Virus record (IMG/VR): IMGVR_UViG_3300026299_000092
Coordinates: 1-38,393 of that record
DNA from: a virus
Taxonomy: Duplodnaviria > Caudoviricetes
Direction: 5' to 3' (one strand)
DNA: 38,393 nt
Below the pieces are notes generated by a model. The model saw only the letters and a program-made list of their open reading frames with translations, had not been told where the DNA came from and searched no databases. Positions 8,553-16,697 of this stretch are shown piece after piece (within the stretch, counting starts at the first letter, position 1; every line of letters starts with the position of its first letter). The translations under genes were made by a program, and so were the position numbers.

Positions 8553-8947
8553 CCATGATCAGCTACACCTTCGCCCAGCGTTTCGTGCCGCTGATCTCCG
8601 CCGGGGTGATGCAGCAGACCTTCGAACCGCCCCGCCTGCGTCATGCCCGGCCCGGTGAGCCGATCCGGCTCATGGACAAGGTCAACCACCGTCAGATCGT
8701 CGAGGGTGCGATCTGCACGGCGGTCGAGCGGATGGACATCCTCTGGACCGGCAATCGCATCACCGGAATCCGCGAAAGCAACATGCCGCTCCTGCGCCTC
8801 GAGGGCTGCGCCAAGCGGCTCGGCTATGCCGACCTTGAGGACATGGCCACCGATTTCGCGCGGCTGCACGGCCCGCGCTATACCGAGGGCTACATGATCG
8901 AGTGGCGGATCGCCGCCACCGCCGCCCTTGAATTGGAAGTGGCGTGA
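8549..8947 (+). CDS. Hypothetical protein, ASCH/PUA-like
   Basis: F-x-x-RFVPLISAG-x-x-QT...RHARPGE pattern resembles the ASCH N-terminus. Coupled on both sides. Confidence 0.55.
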   Translation: MTMISYTFAQRFVPLISAGVMQQTFEPPRLRHARPGEPIRLMDKVNHRQIVEGAICTAVERMDILWTGNRITGIRESNMPLLRLEGCAKRLGYADLEDMATDFARLHGPRYTEGYMIEWRIAATAALELEVA

Positions 8948-9627
8948 TGGATGATGCTCTTCGCAAGCGGATCGCGGCCCTGCACGCCCTCGGCACGGGA
9001 CGTGGCGCCACCGAAGCCGAAGCCGAAGCTGCCTTGGCAAAGGCAGCGGACTTGATGCGCGACCACGGCTTGACGGCCGAAGACATCGAATTTGAAGAGC
9101 AGCAAGCCGCTCTTAAAACCCGTGGCAATGCCCCGCGCGATCAAATCTGGGGAGCGGTTGGGCGCTGCACAAATTGCGCGACCGTGATCCTAAACGACTG
9201 GAGCCCGGCGATCATGTTTCTCGGCCGCGCTCCGGGCCCGGAGATCGCGACCTATCTGGTTGCCGTCTTGAACCGCGCGATGGACCGAGAGATCGAAGCG
9301 TTCAAGGCGACGGCCGAATATCGCCGCCGGAGAACGGTCGCAACAAAACGGCAGGCTGTTGCCGACTTCACCGCCGGATTGGTGGCTCGGTTGCGCGTGC
9401 GTCTGTTCGACCTGTTTCACCTGTCGATGGATGATCATGCCTTGGCAAAGGCCCGCGCAGTTCTGAAGCAGCGCATCCCGGAAACGACGGCCATGAAGAC
9501 CTCCGCCAGATCGGTTCGTTTCGGCAATGCGGCAAGTGCCGGGTTCAGGGCCGGGGATCGGGTCAACCTTGCCCATGGTGTGAACGGTGGTTCGGGCAAG
9601 CAGCGCCAGATTGGCGGTGCGATGTGA
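8944..9627 (+). CDS. DUF2786-like protein
   Basis: RIAALHAL...ATEAEAEAALAKAADLMRDHGL N-terminal motif and C-terminal AGFRAGDRVNL. Confidence 0.85.
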   Translation: MMDDALRKRIAALHALGTGRGATEAEAEAALAKAADLMRDHGLTAEDIEFEEQQAALKTRGNAPRDQIWGAVGRCTNCATVILNDWSPAIMFLGRAPGPEIATYLVAVLNRAMDREIEAFKATAEYRRRRTVATKRQAVADFTAGLVARLRVRLFDLFHLSMDDHALAKARAVLKQRIPETTAMKTSARSVRFGNAASAGFRAGDRVNLAHGVNGGSGKQRQIGGAM

Positions 9628-9848
9628 GCTTCTATCTCTCTGGAACGCCCGAAGAGTCGTTGCGGTTGAAGTCGTTCTCATCGACCTCGAGGGGCGGCAA
9701 GGCAACCATCCGCATCGAGCTTGAAACCTGCGATTTCGACGACATGGGCTATGCACTGCGCTGTCTGACCAAAGTACAGGAGGGTCAGAAGCGGAAACCG
9801 AATGCTGCCACTCGGCTGGCTCTGCCCAAGCCGGAGGATGATCGGTGA
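9624..9848 (+). CDS. Hypothetical protein
   Basis: GTGA coupling on both sides; 74 aa. Confidence 0.7.
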   Translation: MSFYLSGTPEESLRLKSFSSTSRGGKATIRIELETCDFDDMGYALRCLTKVQEGQKRKPNAATRLALPKPEDDR

Positions 9849-10204
9849 ACGCGAAATGGCGGTGCCGGTTGTTCTGGGGAAACCCCTACACATCTCCTCC
9901 CGATGGAATGCCGCGCATCGTCATGTCGGTTCTTTCCGATCGCAGTCACCCCATCCCGGACGAGATCATCCAGGCAAGCCTGCCAGGCACCCCCTACGAA
10001 CCCGGTTCTGGGTGGACAGTCGGTTGGGAGTGCGTCCATCAACGTCCGATCCGCCGCTGGAGCCAAGCGGCCCGCGCTCGGGTACGCCAACGCAACTTGC
10101 GCCGCCGGATCGAGAACAAATTTCCGCTCTTCGCCGAGGATTTCATTGCGGCCGAGATCGCTGCCCGTCCCAGCTACTACGAGGGTTCCAATGACCGTCC
10201 GTAA
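9845..10204 (+). CDS. Hypothetical basic protein
   Basis: GGAGG RBS and GTGA overlap; C-terminal RRWS...RNLRRRIENKFPLFAEDFI. Confidence 0.75.
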   Translation: MNAKWRCRLFWGNPYTSPPDGMPRIVMSVLSDRSHPIPDEIIQASLPGTPYEPGSGWTVGWECVHQRPIRRWSQAARARVRQRNLRRRIENKFPLFAEDFIAAEIAARPSYYEGSNDRP

Positions 10205-10649
10205 CCTCCAGCGCCAGATCCACGTCGGGTGCAAACATCTCGGCATCGATGCCGATTCCCGGCACGATCTCCAGCTGCTGGTGACGGGCAAGGCCAGTAT
10301 GGCCGACATGACCGACGCCGAGTTGCGCAAGGTCGTTGAAGCTCTCGAAGAACGGGGCTTCAAAGCAGGTTACAAGGGGGGCGCAAACGGCCGTCGCGCT
10401 CCGGCGCCGCGTGGGGATTTGCGTTATGTCCACGTCCTCTGGGGGCTGCTGGGCAAGGCGGGCAAGCTGGAAAAGCCCGGCCGCGAAGGGCTGAATGCTT
10501 TTGTCCGTTCCCAGTTCGAACGCAAATGGTCGTCCGTGCCGATCGACATCGATGCGCTGCGCGAAGCTGGCCAGATCAATGATGTGACCCGCGCCCTGAA
10601 GGCCATGTGCAAGCGCCACGGCATCGAGACGGAGCGGCAGAATGGCTGA
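10191..10649 (+). CDS. gemA: GemA / Mu gp16 (DUF1018) family regulator
   Basis: QIHVGCKHLGID...TGKASMADMTDAELRKVV...GF, LW, LNAFV, ALKAM motifs. Confidence 0.88.
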   Translation: MTVRNLQRQIHVGCKHLGIDADSRHDLQLLVTGKASMADMTDAELRKVVEALEERGFKAGYKGGANGRRAPAPRGDLRYVHVLWGLLGKAGKLEKPGREGLNAFVRSQFERKWSSVPIDIDALREAGQINDVTRALKAMCKRHGIETERQNG

Positions 10650-11265
10650 ACAGCTGTCGTGGGTTCCGTCCGGTCCGGTGCGGGGGGGTGACATGATCCT
10701 TCTGCGCGAATTCCACGAACTGCGGCCTGCAGGTGGATTCGACCTGGTCATGGCCGACCCGCCCTGGAGGTCGGAGATGTGGTCAAAGAAGGGCCTGAAG
10801 AAAAGTCCGGAAGCCCATTACCAGACCATGCCCCTCGACCAAATCTGCGCAATGCCGGTTGAAGCGCTGGCCGCGCCGGATTGTCTGCTCTGGCTCTGGG
10901 CGCGCGGCGCGCAGCTGCAGAACGCGATCACGGTGCTCGAAGCCTGGGGCTTTGCTCTGAAGACCCTCGGATGGTGGGCGAAGATGACGCCGAACGGCAA
11001 ACAGGCATTCGGTCCGGGCTATATCTTCAGGAATGCGGGCGAACCCTATCTCATCGGCACGCGCGGCGCCCCGAAGACCAGCAAGTCCGTGCGCGACACA
11101 ATCTTCGGCTTGCGGCGGGAGCACAGCCGCAAGCCGGAAGAGGCATACCGCTCTGCCGAACGGCTCATGCCCGAAGCTCGCCGCCTCGACCTGTTCAGTC
11201 GCCAGCAGCGCCCCGGCTGGAGCAGCTGGGGCGACGAGGCGGGCAAGTTCGCGGGGCCGGGATGA
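10642..11265 (+). CDS. MT-A70 family adenine methyltransferase
   Basis: ADPPW catalytic motif, HY.TM, LWLW, WGF, HSRKP, LDLFSR...GW..WGDE. Confidence 0.93.
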   Translation: MAEQLSWVPSGPVRGGDMILLREFHELRPAGGFDLVMADPPWRSEMWSKKGLKKSPEAHYQTMPLDQICAMPVEALAAPDCLLWLWARGAQLQNAITVLEAWGFALKTLGWWAKMTPNGKQAFGPGYIFRNAGEPYLIGTRGAPKTSKSVRDTIFGLRREHSRKPEEAYRSAERLMPEARRLDLFSRQQRPGWSSWGDEAGKFAGPG

Positions 11266-11660
11266 CTGCTTGGATTGATGAACTCGAACGCGACCTCGGT
11301 CTGACCGCTCGCCTGCGGCTGATCGCCAACGCGGGCGGCCAGCGCCGCGACGTGCCTACCTCTTCGTTCGCCGCTACCTCGGCCCTCGCGGCCGAGGTTG
11401 GCACCGATATTGTAACCTGGCTGGCAGACAGATTTGGAGGCCACCAGATTGACATTCCCTCGGGCCGAGGCGCGGAAATCCAGCGCCGTGCCAGTCTTCT
11501 TCGGGCGGCCGTTCTGGAAGCCGGATTGACCAAACCCACCCGTTCGGCCAATGATCTGGCGCGGGAACACGGTGTGACGAGCGCCTATATTCACAAGCTT
11601 CGGGCCGAAATGCGCCGCGACGCCGGGATCGAGCCGCAGCAGCTCTCCCTTTTCGGCTAA
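11262..11660 (+). CDS. Mor/C-like late transcription activator
   Basis: GG-x-x-x-x-VP and FGGHQIDIP repeats, C-terminal HTH (SANDLAREHGVTSAYI), QLSLF tail. Last gene before lysis. Confidence 0.75.
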   Translation: MTAWIDELERDLGLTARLRLIANAGGQRRDVPTSSFAATSALAAEVGTDIVTWLADRFGGHQIDIPSGRGAEIQRRASLLRAAVLEAGLTKPTRSANDLAREHGVTSAYIHKLRAEMRRDAGIEPQQLSLFG

Positions 11661-11661
11661 T

Positions 11662-11706
11662 CCCCCCAAACTGCATCCCACGGCCCCATTTCACCAGCAT
11701 GTGGCA
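11662..11706 (+). promoter_or_regulatory. Late promoter element 1 (lysis/packaging operon)
   Basis: CCCCCCAAACTGCATCCCACGGCCC is 23/25 identical to 19883-19907. Both copies have TGGCA starting 16 nt after the motif end. Confidence 0.75.
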
Positions 11707-11742
11707 TCCCGGTCCTGACCGGGCGCGCGCCCGAAGCATCGG

Positions 11743-12375
11743 GTGCCCTTTATGACCAAGGCTGCAATCTCGCTCATACAGACGGGCCTTCGGGATCTCG
11801 GCTATTCGCCGGGGCCTGTGGATGGCCTCTTCGGCACGAAAACCAAGCGTGCCGCTCAGTCTTGGCTCACAGCGGGCGGTGTCGCAGTGTCATCGGTGCT
11901 GACGGCGGAAACCGCCGCTATGCTCTATCAGGGTGCGGCACGCTATCCTGTCCATGAGGTCGTTGTGCATTGCAGTGCCACGCGGCCCGACTGGATGGCT
12001 GATGCGGGTCTTTCCGCCCAGTTTGCCGAAATCCGCCGTTGGCACATGCAGGACCGGGGTTGGCGCAATATCGGGTATCACTGGGTGATCGGCCGGGACG
12101 GCAAGGTATTGGCCGGTCGCCCCGAGACGGAGATCGGCGCCCATGTCGTTGACCACAATCGCGGCACGATCGGCATCTGCCTGATCGGCGGTCACGGCTC
12201 GACCGAGCGCGATCGCTTCGCCCAGCACTTCACCCCGGCGCAGGACATCACATTGCGGCAGTTGCTGCAGGGGATCGGGATGCGCGCTCAGATCCGGCGG
12301 ATCAGCGGCCATAACGAATATGCCGCCAAGGCCTGCCCGGGTTTCACCGTCTCGAAATGGCTGGAGGCCGCATGA
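11743..12375 (+). CDS. Endolysin: PG-binding domain + N-acetylmuramoyl-L-alanine amidase (Amidase_2)
   Basis: IQTGLRDLGY.PGPVDGLFG..T; VVHCSAT, GW.NIGYH, GAHV, GHNE..AKACPGF. Start may be the ATG at 11752. Confidence 0.95.
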   Translation: MPFMTKAAISLIQTGLRDLGYSPGPVDGLFGTKTKRAAQSWLTAGGVAVSSVLTAETAAMLYQGAARYPVHEVVVHCSATRPDWMADAGLSAQFAEIRRWHMQDRGWRNIGYHWVIGRDGKVLAGRPETEIGAHVVDHNRGTIGICLIGGHGSTERDRFAQHFTPAQDITLRQLLQGIGMRAQIRRISGHNEYAAKACPGFTVSKWLEAA

Positions 12376-12761
12376 TGAACCTGCTCTCCGAAATCTATGC
12401 TGCGGCCCTGCCGCTGTTGCTGTCGCTCCTCGCGGCCTGGCTCGCAAAGGTGCTGGCCAGTGCCGCCGATGAGGCGAAGCGCCGCTGGGGCATCGAAATC
12501 GAGGCGCGGCACCGCGAGGCTCTGCATTCCGCGCTGATGTCGGGCATCCGCGCCGCGCTGAGCCGGGGATTGACCGGGCCAGCGGCGATCGATTCCGCTG
12601 TGAAATACGCGACCCAGAGTGTGCCGGATGCACTGGCGCGGTTGAACCCGGATGCAAGGGTTCTGGCGCGGCTCGCAGCATCCAAGCTGCGTGAGGTGCA
12701 TGAGAAGACGCCTTTTGCCGGTATCGACCTCGCCCGTGCCGAAGGGGACCGCCAGCAATGA
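12372..12761 (+). CDS. Putative holin
   Basis: N-terminal TM segment and HREALHSAL motif; directly after the endolysin. Confidence 0.6.
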   Translation: MMNLLSEIYAAALPLLLSLLAAWLAKVLASAADEAKRRWGIEIEARHREALHSALMSGIRAALSRGLTGPAAIDSAVKYATQSVPDALARLNPDARVLARLAASKLREVHEKTPFAGIDLARAEGDRQQ

Positions 12762-13108
12762 CCCCGCCCGCCTTTGACCTCGGCCCGGCCCTGGCGGTCA
12801 CGCTCGCGGCGCTGAACATCCTCAACATCCTCTACACCTGGTGGCGGACCCGCGATCAGAACGTCGAGACCCGGTTCAAGGCCGGTTCGGAACGGATGGA
12901 CCGTTTGGACGGTCGCCTTGCCAGTGTCGAGCAGACCCTGCGCGCGCAGCCGACCAAAGAGGACTTGCATCAGCTTGGCATGCTGATCGGCGAACTGCGC
13001 GGCGATGTCCGCGAACTGCGCGCGGCCCAGTCGGCCGCCACCGATGCCGGCAAGCGGCAGGACATCGTGCTGGCGCGGGTGGAACAGTATCTGCTGGAGC
13101 GGAAATGA
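12758..13108 (+). CDS. DUF2730 family protein (Mu gp25-like)
   Basis: N-terminal TM, coiled coil, PTKEDLHQL, C-terminal YLLE. Confidence 0.8.
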   Translation: MTPPAFDLGPALAVTLAALNILNILYTWWRTRDQNVETRFKAGSERMDRLDGRLASVEQTLRAQPTKEDLHQLGMLIGELRGDVRELRAAQSAATDAGKRQDIVLARVEQYLLERK

Positions 13109-13410
13109 CCGATTTTCAGACCTTCAACAGCCGCCACCGCCGTCTGGCCATCCTGCGGTTTCTTGAGGCGAGCCCGGGTTACACCTCGAATGTCTCGATC
13201 CTGACCGACGTGCTGAACAGCGATCAGATCGGCATCAACACCTCGCGCGACCAGACCACGACTGAACTGTCCTGGCTGGCCGAGAACGGCTTCGTGATCC
13301 TTGGCGGGCAGCCGGAGTTCCGGGTGGCGACGGCAACGGCGCGCGGTGCCGATGTGGCGCGCGGCCGGGCGACGCACCCCGATATCCAGCGCCCCAGCCC
13401 GAGGGCGTGA
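13105..13410 (+). CDS. Mu gp26-like winged-helix protein
   Basis: RRLAILRFL...SRDQ...LSWLAENG...T.RGADVARGRA..P.I.RP.P. Confidence 0.85.
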   Translation: MTDFQTFNSRHRRLAILRFLEASPGYTSNVSILTDVLNSDQIGINTSRDQTTTELSWLAENGFVILGGQPEFRVATATARGADVARGRATHPDIQRPSPRA

Positions 13411-13411
13411 T

Positions 13412-13951
13412 ATGCCACCGCCCCGCAAGATCGACCTTCTGCCAGCTGAACTGCGGGCCTGGCTTCAGGAGGAACTGCGCGCCCGCGGCTTCGGGCAATA
13501 CGAGGAACTGGCCGAAGCCCTGAACTTCCGCCTTGAGGAAGCCGGGCTCAACCTGCGCATCCGCAAATCGGCCATTCATGCCTGGGGGACCGAGTACCAG
13601 GAGTTCGTCCGGCTGCAGGAGCAGGCGTCGGATTGGGCGAAAGAATGGCTCGGCGAGATGGGAATGGACGATCAGGCGCAGCGCCAGAACGTGCTGTTCC
13701 AGATGCTCACCACGCTGGCGTTCAAGGTCATGCAGGCAGAGGTGCAGAAAGAAGGTGCCGAGATCAGCCCACAGAACCTGCATTTTCTTGCCCGGATGAT
13801 GAAGGACGTCATGTCGTCGTCGGGCATCGTGCAGGCGATGCAGGAAAAGGACCGCAAGGCCCAATCTGCCAAGCTCGACGCTGCAGTCGAGGCGGGCGAG
13901 ATCACAGCAGATTTCCGCGAACAGGCCCGCCAGATCATGGGGTTTGCATGA
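13412..13951 (+). CDS. DUF3486 / Mu gp27-like protein (putative small terminase)
   Basis: MPPPRKIDLLP..LR.WL, I.KSAIH motifs; C-terminal RQIMGF. Confidence 0.88.
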   Translation: MPPPRKIDLLPAELRAWLQEELRARGFGQYEELAEALNFRLEEAGLNLRIRKSAIHAWGTEYQEFVRLQEQASDWAKEWLGEMGMDDQAQRQNVLFQMLTTLAFKVMQAEVQKEGAEISPQNLHFLARMMKDVMSSSGIVQAMQEKDRKAQSAKLDAAVEAGEITADFREQARQIMGFA

Positions 13952-14145
13952 TGCAGCCCTCTGACGAAGCCAAAGGCACCCTGATCTTGCTGGCCCAGCT
14001 GCACTTCCAGAACGCCCGGTGGTGGCATCTCGCCGCCGCTTGGGTCTTCGGGCGGCACCAGATCGTCCGACACCTTGGCCGCGTTGCCCGGATCAGCTTC
14101 TGGCGCGGGCAACCCTACCTCCTCTCCTTTCGTGAAACCATCTGA
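13948..14145 (+). CDS. Hypothetical protein
   Basis: ATGA overlap with gp27; 65 aa. Confidence 0.6.
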   Translation: MMQPSDEAKGTLILLAQLHFQNARWWHLAAAWVFGRHQIVRHLGRVARISFWRGQPYLLSFRETI

Positions 14146-14154
14146 GGACAGAAC

Positions 14155-14994
14155 ATGCTTCGAAATCGCGCCTTCCACCTTCTTTCCTGGCTTCCTCTCA
14201 CCCTTTGCTTTGCCATCGCGCTGCTGGCCCCCGTCCTGGCCTTGGCTGAACCCCTGACCATCGCGGCTGGCAAGCCGGGCGGCGGCTATGACCGGCGGGC
14301 ACTGCAAATCGAACAGCGCATTGAACAGCGCGGTGTCGAAGCCGCCGTGGTCAATTTCGCCGGGTCCGACGAAATCTCGCTCGCGGTCTGCGCCGGTCGT
14401 GCGCAGATGGGCATCCTTCAGATCGATGCCATCTATGCCCGCTCGCTCGAGGGTTGCCAGACGAAGGCCGTCGCGTCCTATGGCACCGAATTTGCGCTGC
14501 TGATCTTCCCGCCCCGCTCGGGCTTCGATGAACTCTCCGACCTCGGCCCCGGCTCGGCCGTCCTGGTCGATGGCATCGGTTCGGGGTCCGATCTCTTCTG
14601 GCGCACCATCGTCCGGATCGAGACAGGCGAGGATGGCGACGGGGATGAATGGGCCTCGGCCCGCGCCGTGAATGATCCGGTCGAACTGGCGAATGCATCG
14701 GCCGAGATGGGTGAAATCCATGCAGTGCTTCTAGTGCGCAAGTCGGATGCCGCCGATGTGCAGGCCCTTCTGGGTCAAGGCTGGACTTTGGGGGAGCTGT
14801 GGGATCGGGACATTGACGATCTCACCTTCAATGGCGGGCCGCTCTACCTGTCTGAAAAGCAGAAGATCATGTTGCCGGGCGGCAAGACCAGCTGGGCCTG
14901 GACCTATGGTGTCCGCAGCTTCGTTGCCGTGACGCAGAAGGTCGCGGCGGGCGACCGGCAACTATTCGCGGCGATCACCGCTGCGGCGCAGTAA
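14155..14994 (+). CDS. TAXI-like (type 2 periplasmic binding fold) secreted protein
   Basis: Signal peptide (..ALA/EP); LTIAAGKPGGGY, GS...G.A.MGILQ.D and SDL...VDGIGSGS motifs of TAXI TRAP substrate-binding proteins; GAGGA RBS. Confidence 0.75.
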   Translation: MLRNRAFHLLSWLPLTLCFAIALLAPVLALAEPLTIAAGKPGGGYDRRALQIEQRIEQRGVEAAVVNFAGSDEISLAVCAGRAQMGILQIDAIYARSLEGCQTKAVASYGTEFALLIFPPRSGFDELSDLGPGSAVLVDGIGSGSDLFWRTIVRIETGEDGDGDEWASARAVNDPVELANASAEMGEIHAVLLVRKSDAADVQALLGQGWTLGELWDRDIDDLTFNGGPLYLSEKQKIMLPGGKTSWAWTYGVRSFVAVTQKVAAGDRQLFAAITAAAQ

Positions 14995-15009
14995 CCTGAT
15001 CCAGTCAGC

Positions 15010-15237
15010 ATGACCGCTTTCCACATAAATTGCTGTGTTCCCGGCTGTCACCGCACGACCCGTCGAAATAGCGGTGGTGAGTGGATTTGCGGTCGGCATT
15101 GGTCCCGGGTTCCCGATGCGACCCGACGCGTGTTTCATCGCGCTGGCCGCAAAGGCAAATGCGCCTCGGCCCTTGATCGCCTGTGGTCACGCTGCAAACG
15201 CGAAGCCGGAGATGCCTTCCAGGATTTCATGCAATGA
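15010..15237 (+). CDS. Small Cys/His-rich zinc-finger protein
   Basis: CCVPGC...WICGRHW..VP motif; coupled to terL. Confidence 0.7.
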   Translation: MTAFHINCCVPGCHRTTRRNSGGEWICGRHWSRVPDATRRVFHRAGRKGKCASALDRLWSRCKREAGDAFQDFMQ

Positions 15238-16697
15238 GCGCTGCCGTTCCTGACAGCCCAATCATCAAGTTTTTGCCTTACCAGAAGGCATGGATCACGG
15301 ATGCCAGCCGCTTCAAGATCGGCATGTTCACCCGGCGCGGCGGCAAGACCTTCGGCTCCTGCGGCGAGATCGTTGACGATTGCACCCGGGCAGAGATCGA
15401 GCAGCGGAAAATCCGCTGGACGATTCTCTCGCGGTCCGAGGCCACCGCCAAGGAAGCGCTGGAGGATGCCCTGAAGCCGATGACGCGGGCCTATTACGCG
15501 GTGTTGAAGGGCCTTTCAAACCGGGGGCAACCGCAGTTCGTCGAGGATGAATTCCGGGTTCCGGCCTATCAGCGCGAGGTGGAACAAGGCGGCGAGACCT
15601 TCAGGGTCGATGTGCCTGCGGCCAGTTACAAGACCCATGAGGTGCATTTCCCCGGCGGTTCGCGTGTGGTGGCCCTTTCGGCCAGCCCCGATTCCGCGCG
15701 GGGTTTTGGCGGCAACCTGCTGCTGGACGAATTCGCCTTCCACAAGGACAGCCGGGCGATCTGGGGCTCGGCCCTTCCGGTGGCGGCGCGCGGCAACCAC
15801 AAAATCCGGGTGATCAGCACCCCGAACGGCAAGGGCAACAAATTCTACGAGCTGATGACCACCGCCGAAAACGGCTGGTCGAAGCATCATGTCGATATTT
15901 ATGAGGCGGTGAAGCAGGGGCTCGATGTCAACATCGACGAGTTGCGGCGCGGCATGGCCGATCAGGACAAGTGGGCGCAGGAATTCGAACTCGCCTGGCT
16001 GGATGAGGCTTCGGCCTGGCTCGACTATGATCTGATTTCGGCCTGCGAGCATACCGAGGCGGGCGATCCGGGTGGCTATAAGGGCGGCATGTGCTTTGTC
16101 GGTGTCGATATCGCCGCGCGCAACGACCTCTTCGTCATCGTGGTTTCGGAACTGGTCGGCGAAGTGCTGATGGTGCGCGAGATCATCGCCAAAAAGCGCA
16201 TCAGCTTTGCCGAACAGGATCGGCTGCTCGATGACGTCATGCGGCGTTACCGAGTGGTGCGGGTGGCGATGGACCAGACCGGCATGGGCGAAAAGCCGGT
16301 CGAGGATGCCAAGGCCCGTCACGGATCAGAACGGGTGCAAGGCGTCCTCTTCAGCACAGCCTCCAAGCTCGACATGGCCACGGGCCTGAAGGAGTCGATG
16401 CAGGACCGCAAGACCCGCATCCCGGCTGGTGATCCGCTGCTGCGCGCCGATCTGCATTCGATCAAGTCGCAGGTTGGGGTGACCGGCATCCGGCGTCTGG
16501 TCGCGGACGGCGACAGCGACGGCCACGCCGACCGTTTCTGGGCGCTGGCGCTGGCCGTTACAGCTGCTGACCTCGGGCCGGAGAGCTTCGGCTATCAGGG
16601 GGTGCCCGGCACCCGCAGCCGCTGGGCCGACCCCGATCAGGATGATGACGAGGACAAGGGCGGCTCCGGCCGCTGGGGCGATGGAGGGGCATGGTGA
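15234..16697 (+). CDS. terL: Terminase large subunit (Mu gp28-like)
   Basis: FLPYQK.W, RRGGKT, LLLDEFAFH, ISTPNG, GVDIA, MDQTGMG, HADRFWALALA. Confidence 0.96.
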   Translation: MSAAVPDSPIIKFLPYQKAWITDASRFKIGMFTRRGGKTFGSCGEIVDDCTRAEIEQRKIRWTILSRSEATAKEALEDALKPMTRAYYAVLKGLSNRGQPQFVEDEFRVPAYQREVEQGGETFRVDVPAASYKTHEVHFPGGSRVVALSASPDSARGFGGNLLLDEFAFHKDSRAIWGSALPVAARGNHKIRVISTPNGKGNKFYELMTTAENGWSKHHVDIYEAVKQGLDVNIDELRRGMADQDKWAQEFELAWLDEASAWLDYDLISACEHTEAGDPGGYKGGMCFVGVDIAARNDLFVIVVSELVGEVLMVREIIAKKRISFAEQDRLLDDVMRRYRVVRVAMDQTGMGEKPVEDAKARHGSERVQGVLFSTASKLDMATGLKESMQDRKTRIPAGDPLLRADLHSIKSQVGVTGIRRLVADGDSDGHADRFWALALAVTAADLGPESFGYQGVPGTRSRWADPDQDDDEDKGGSGRWGDGGAW

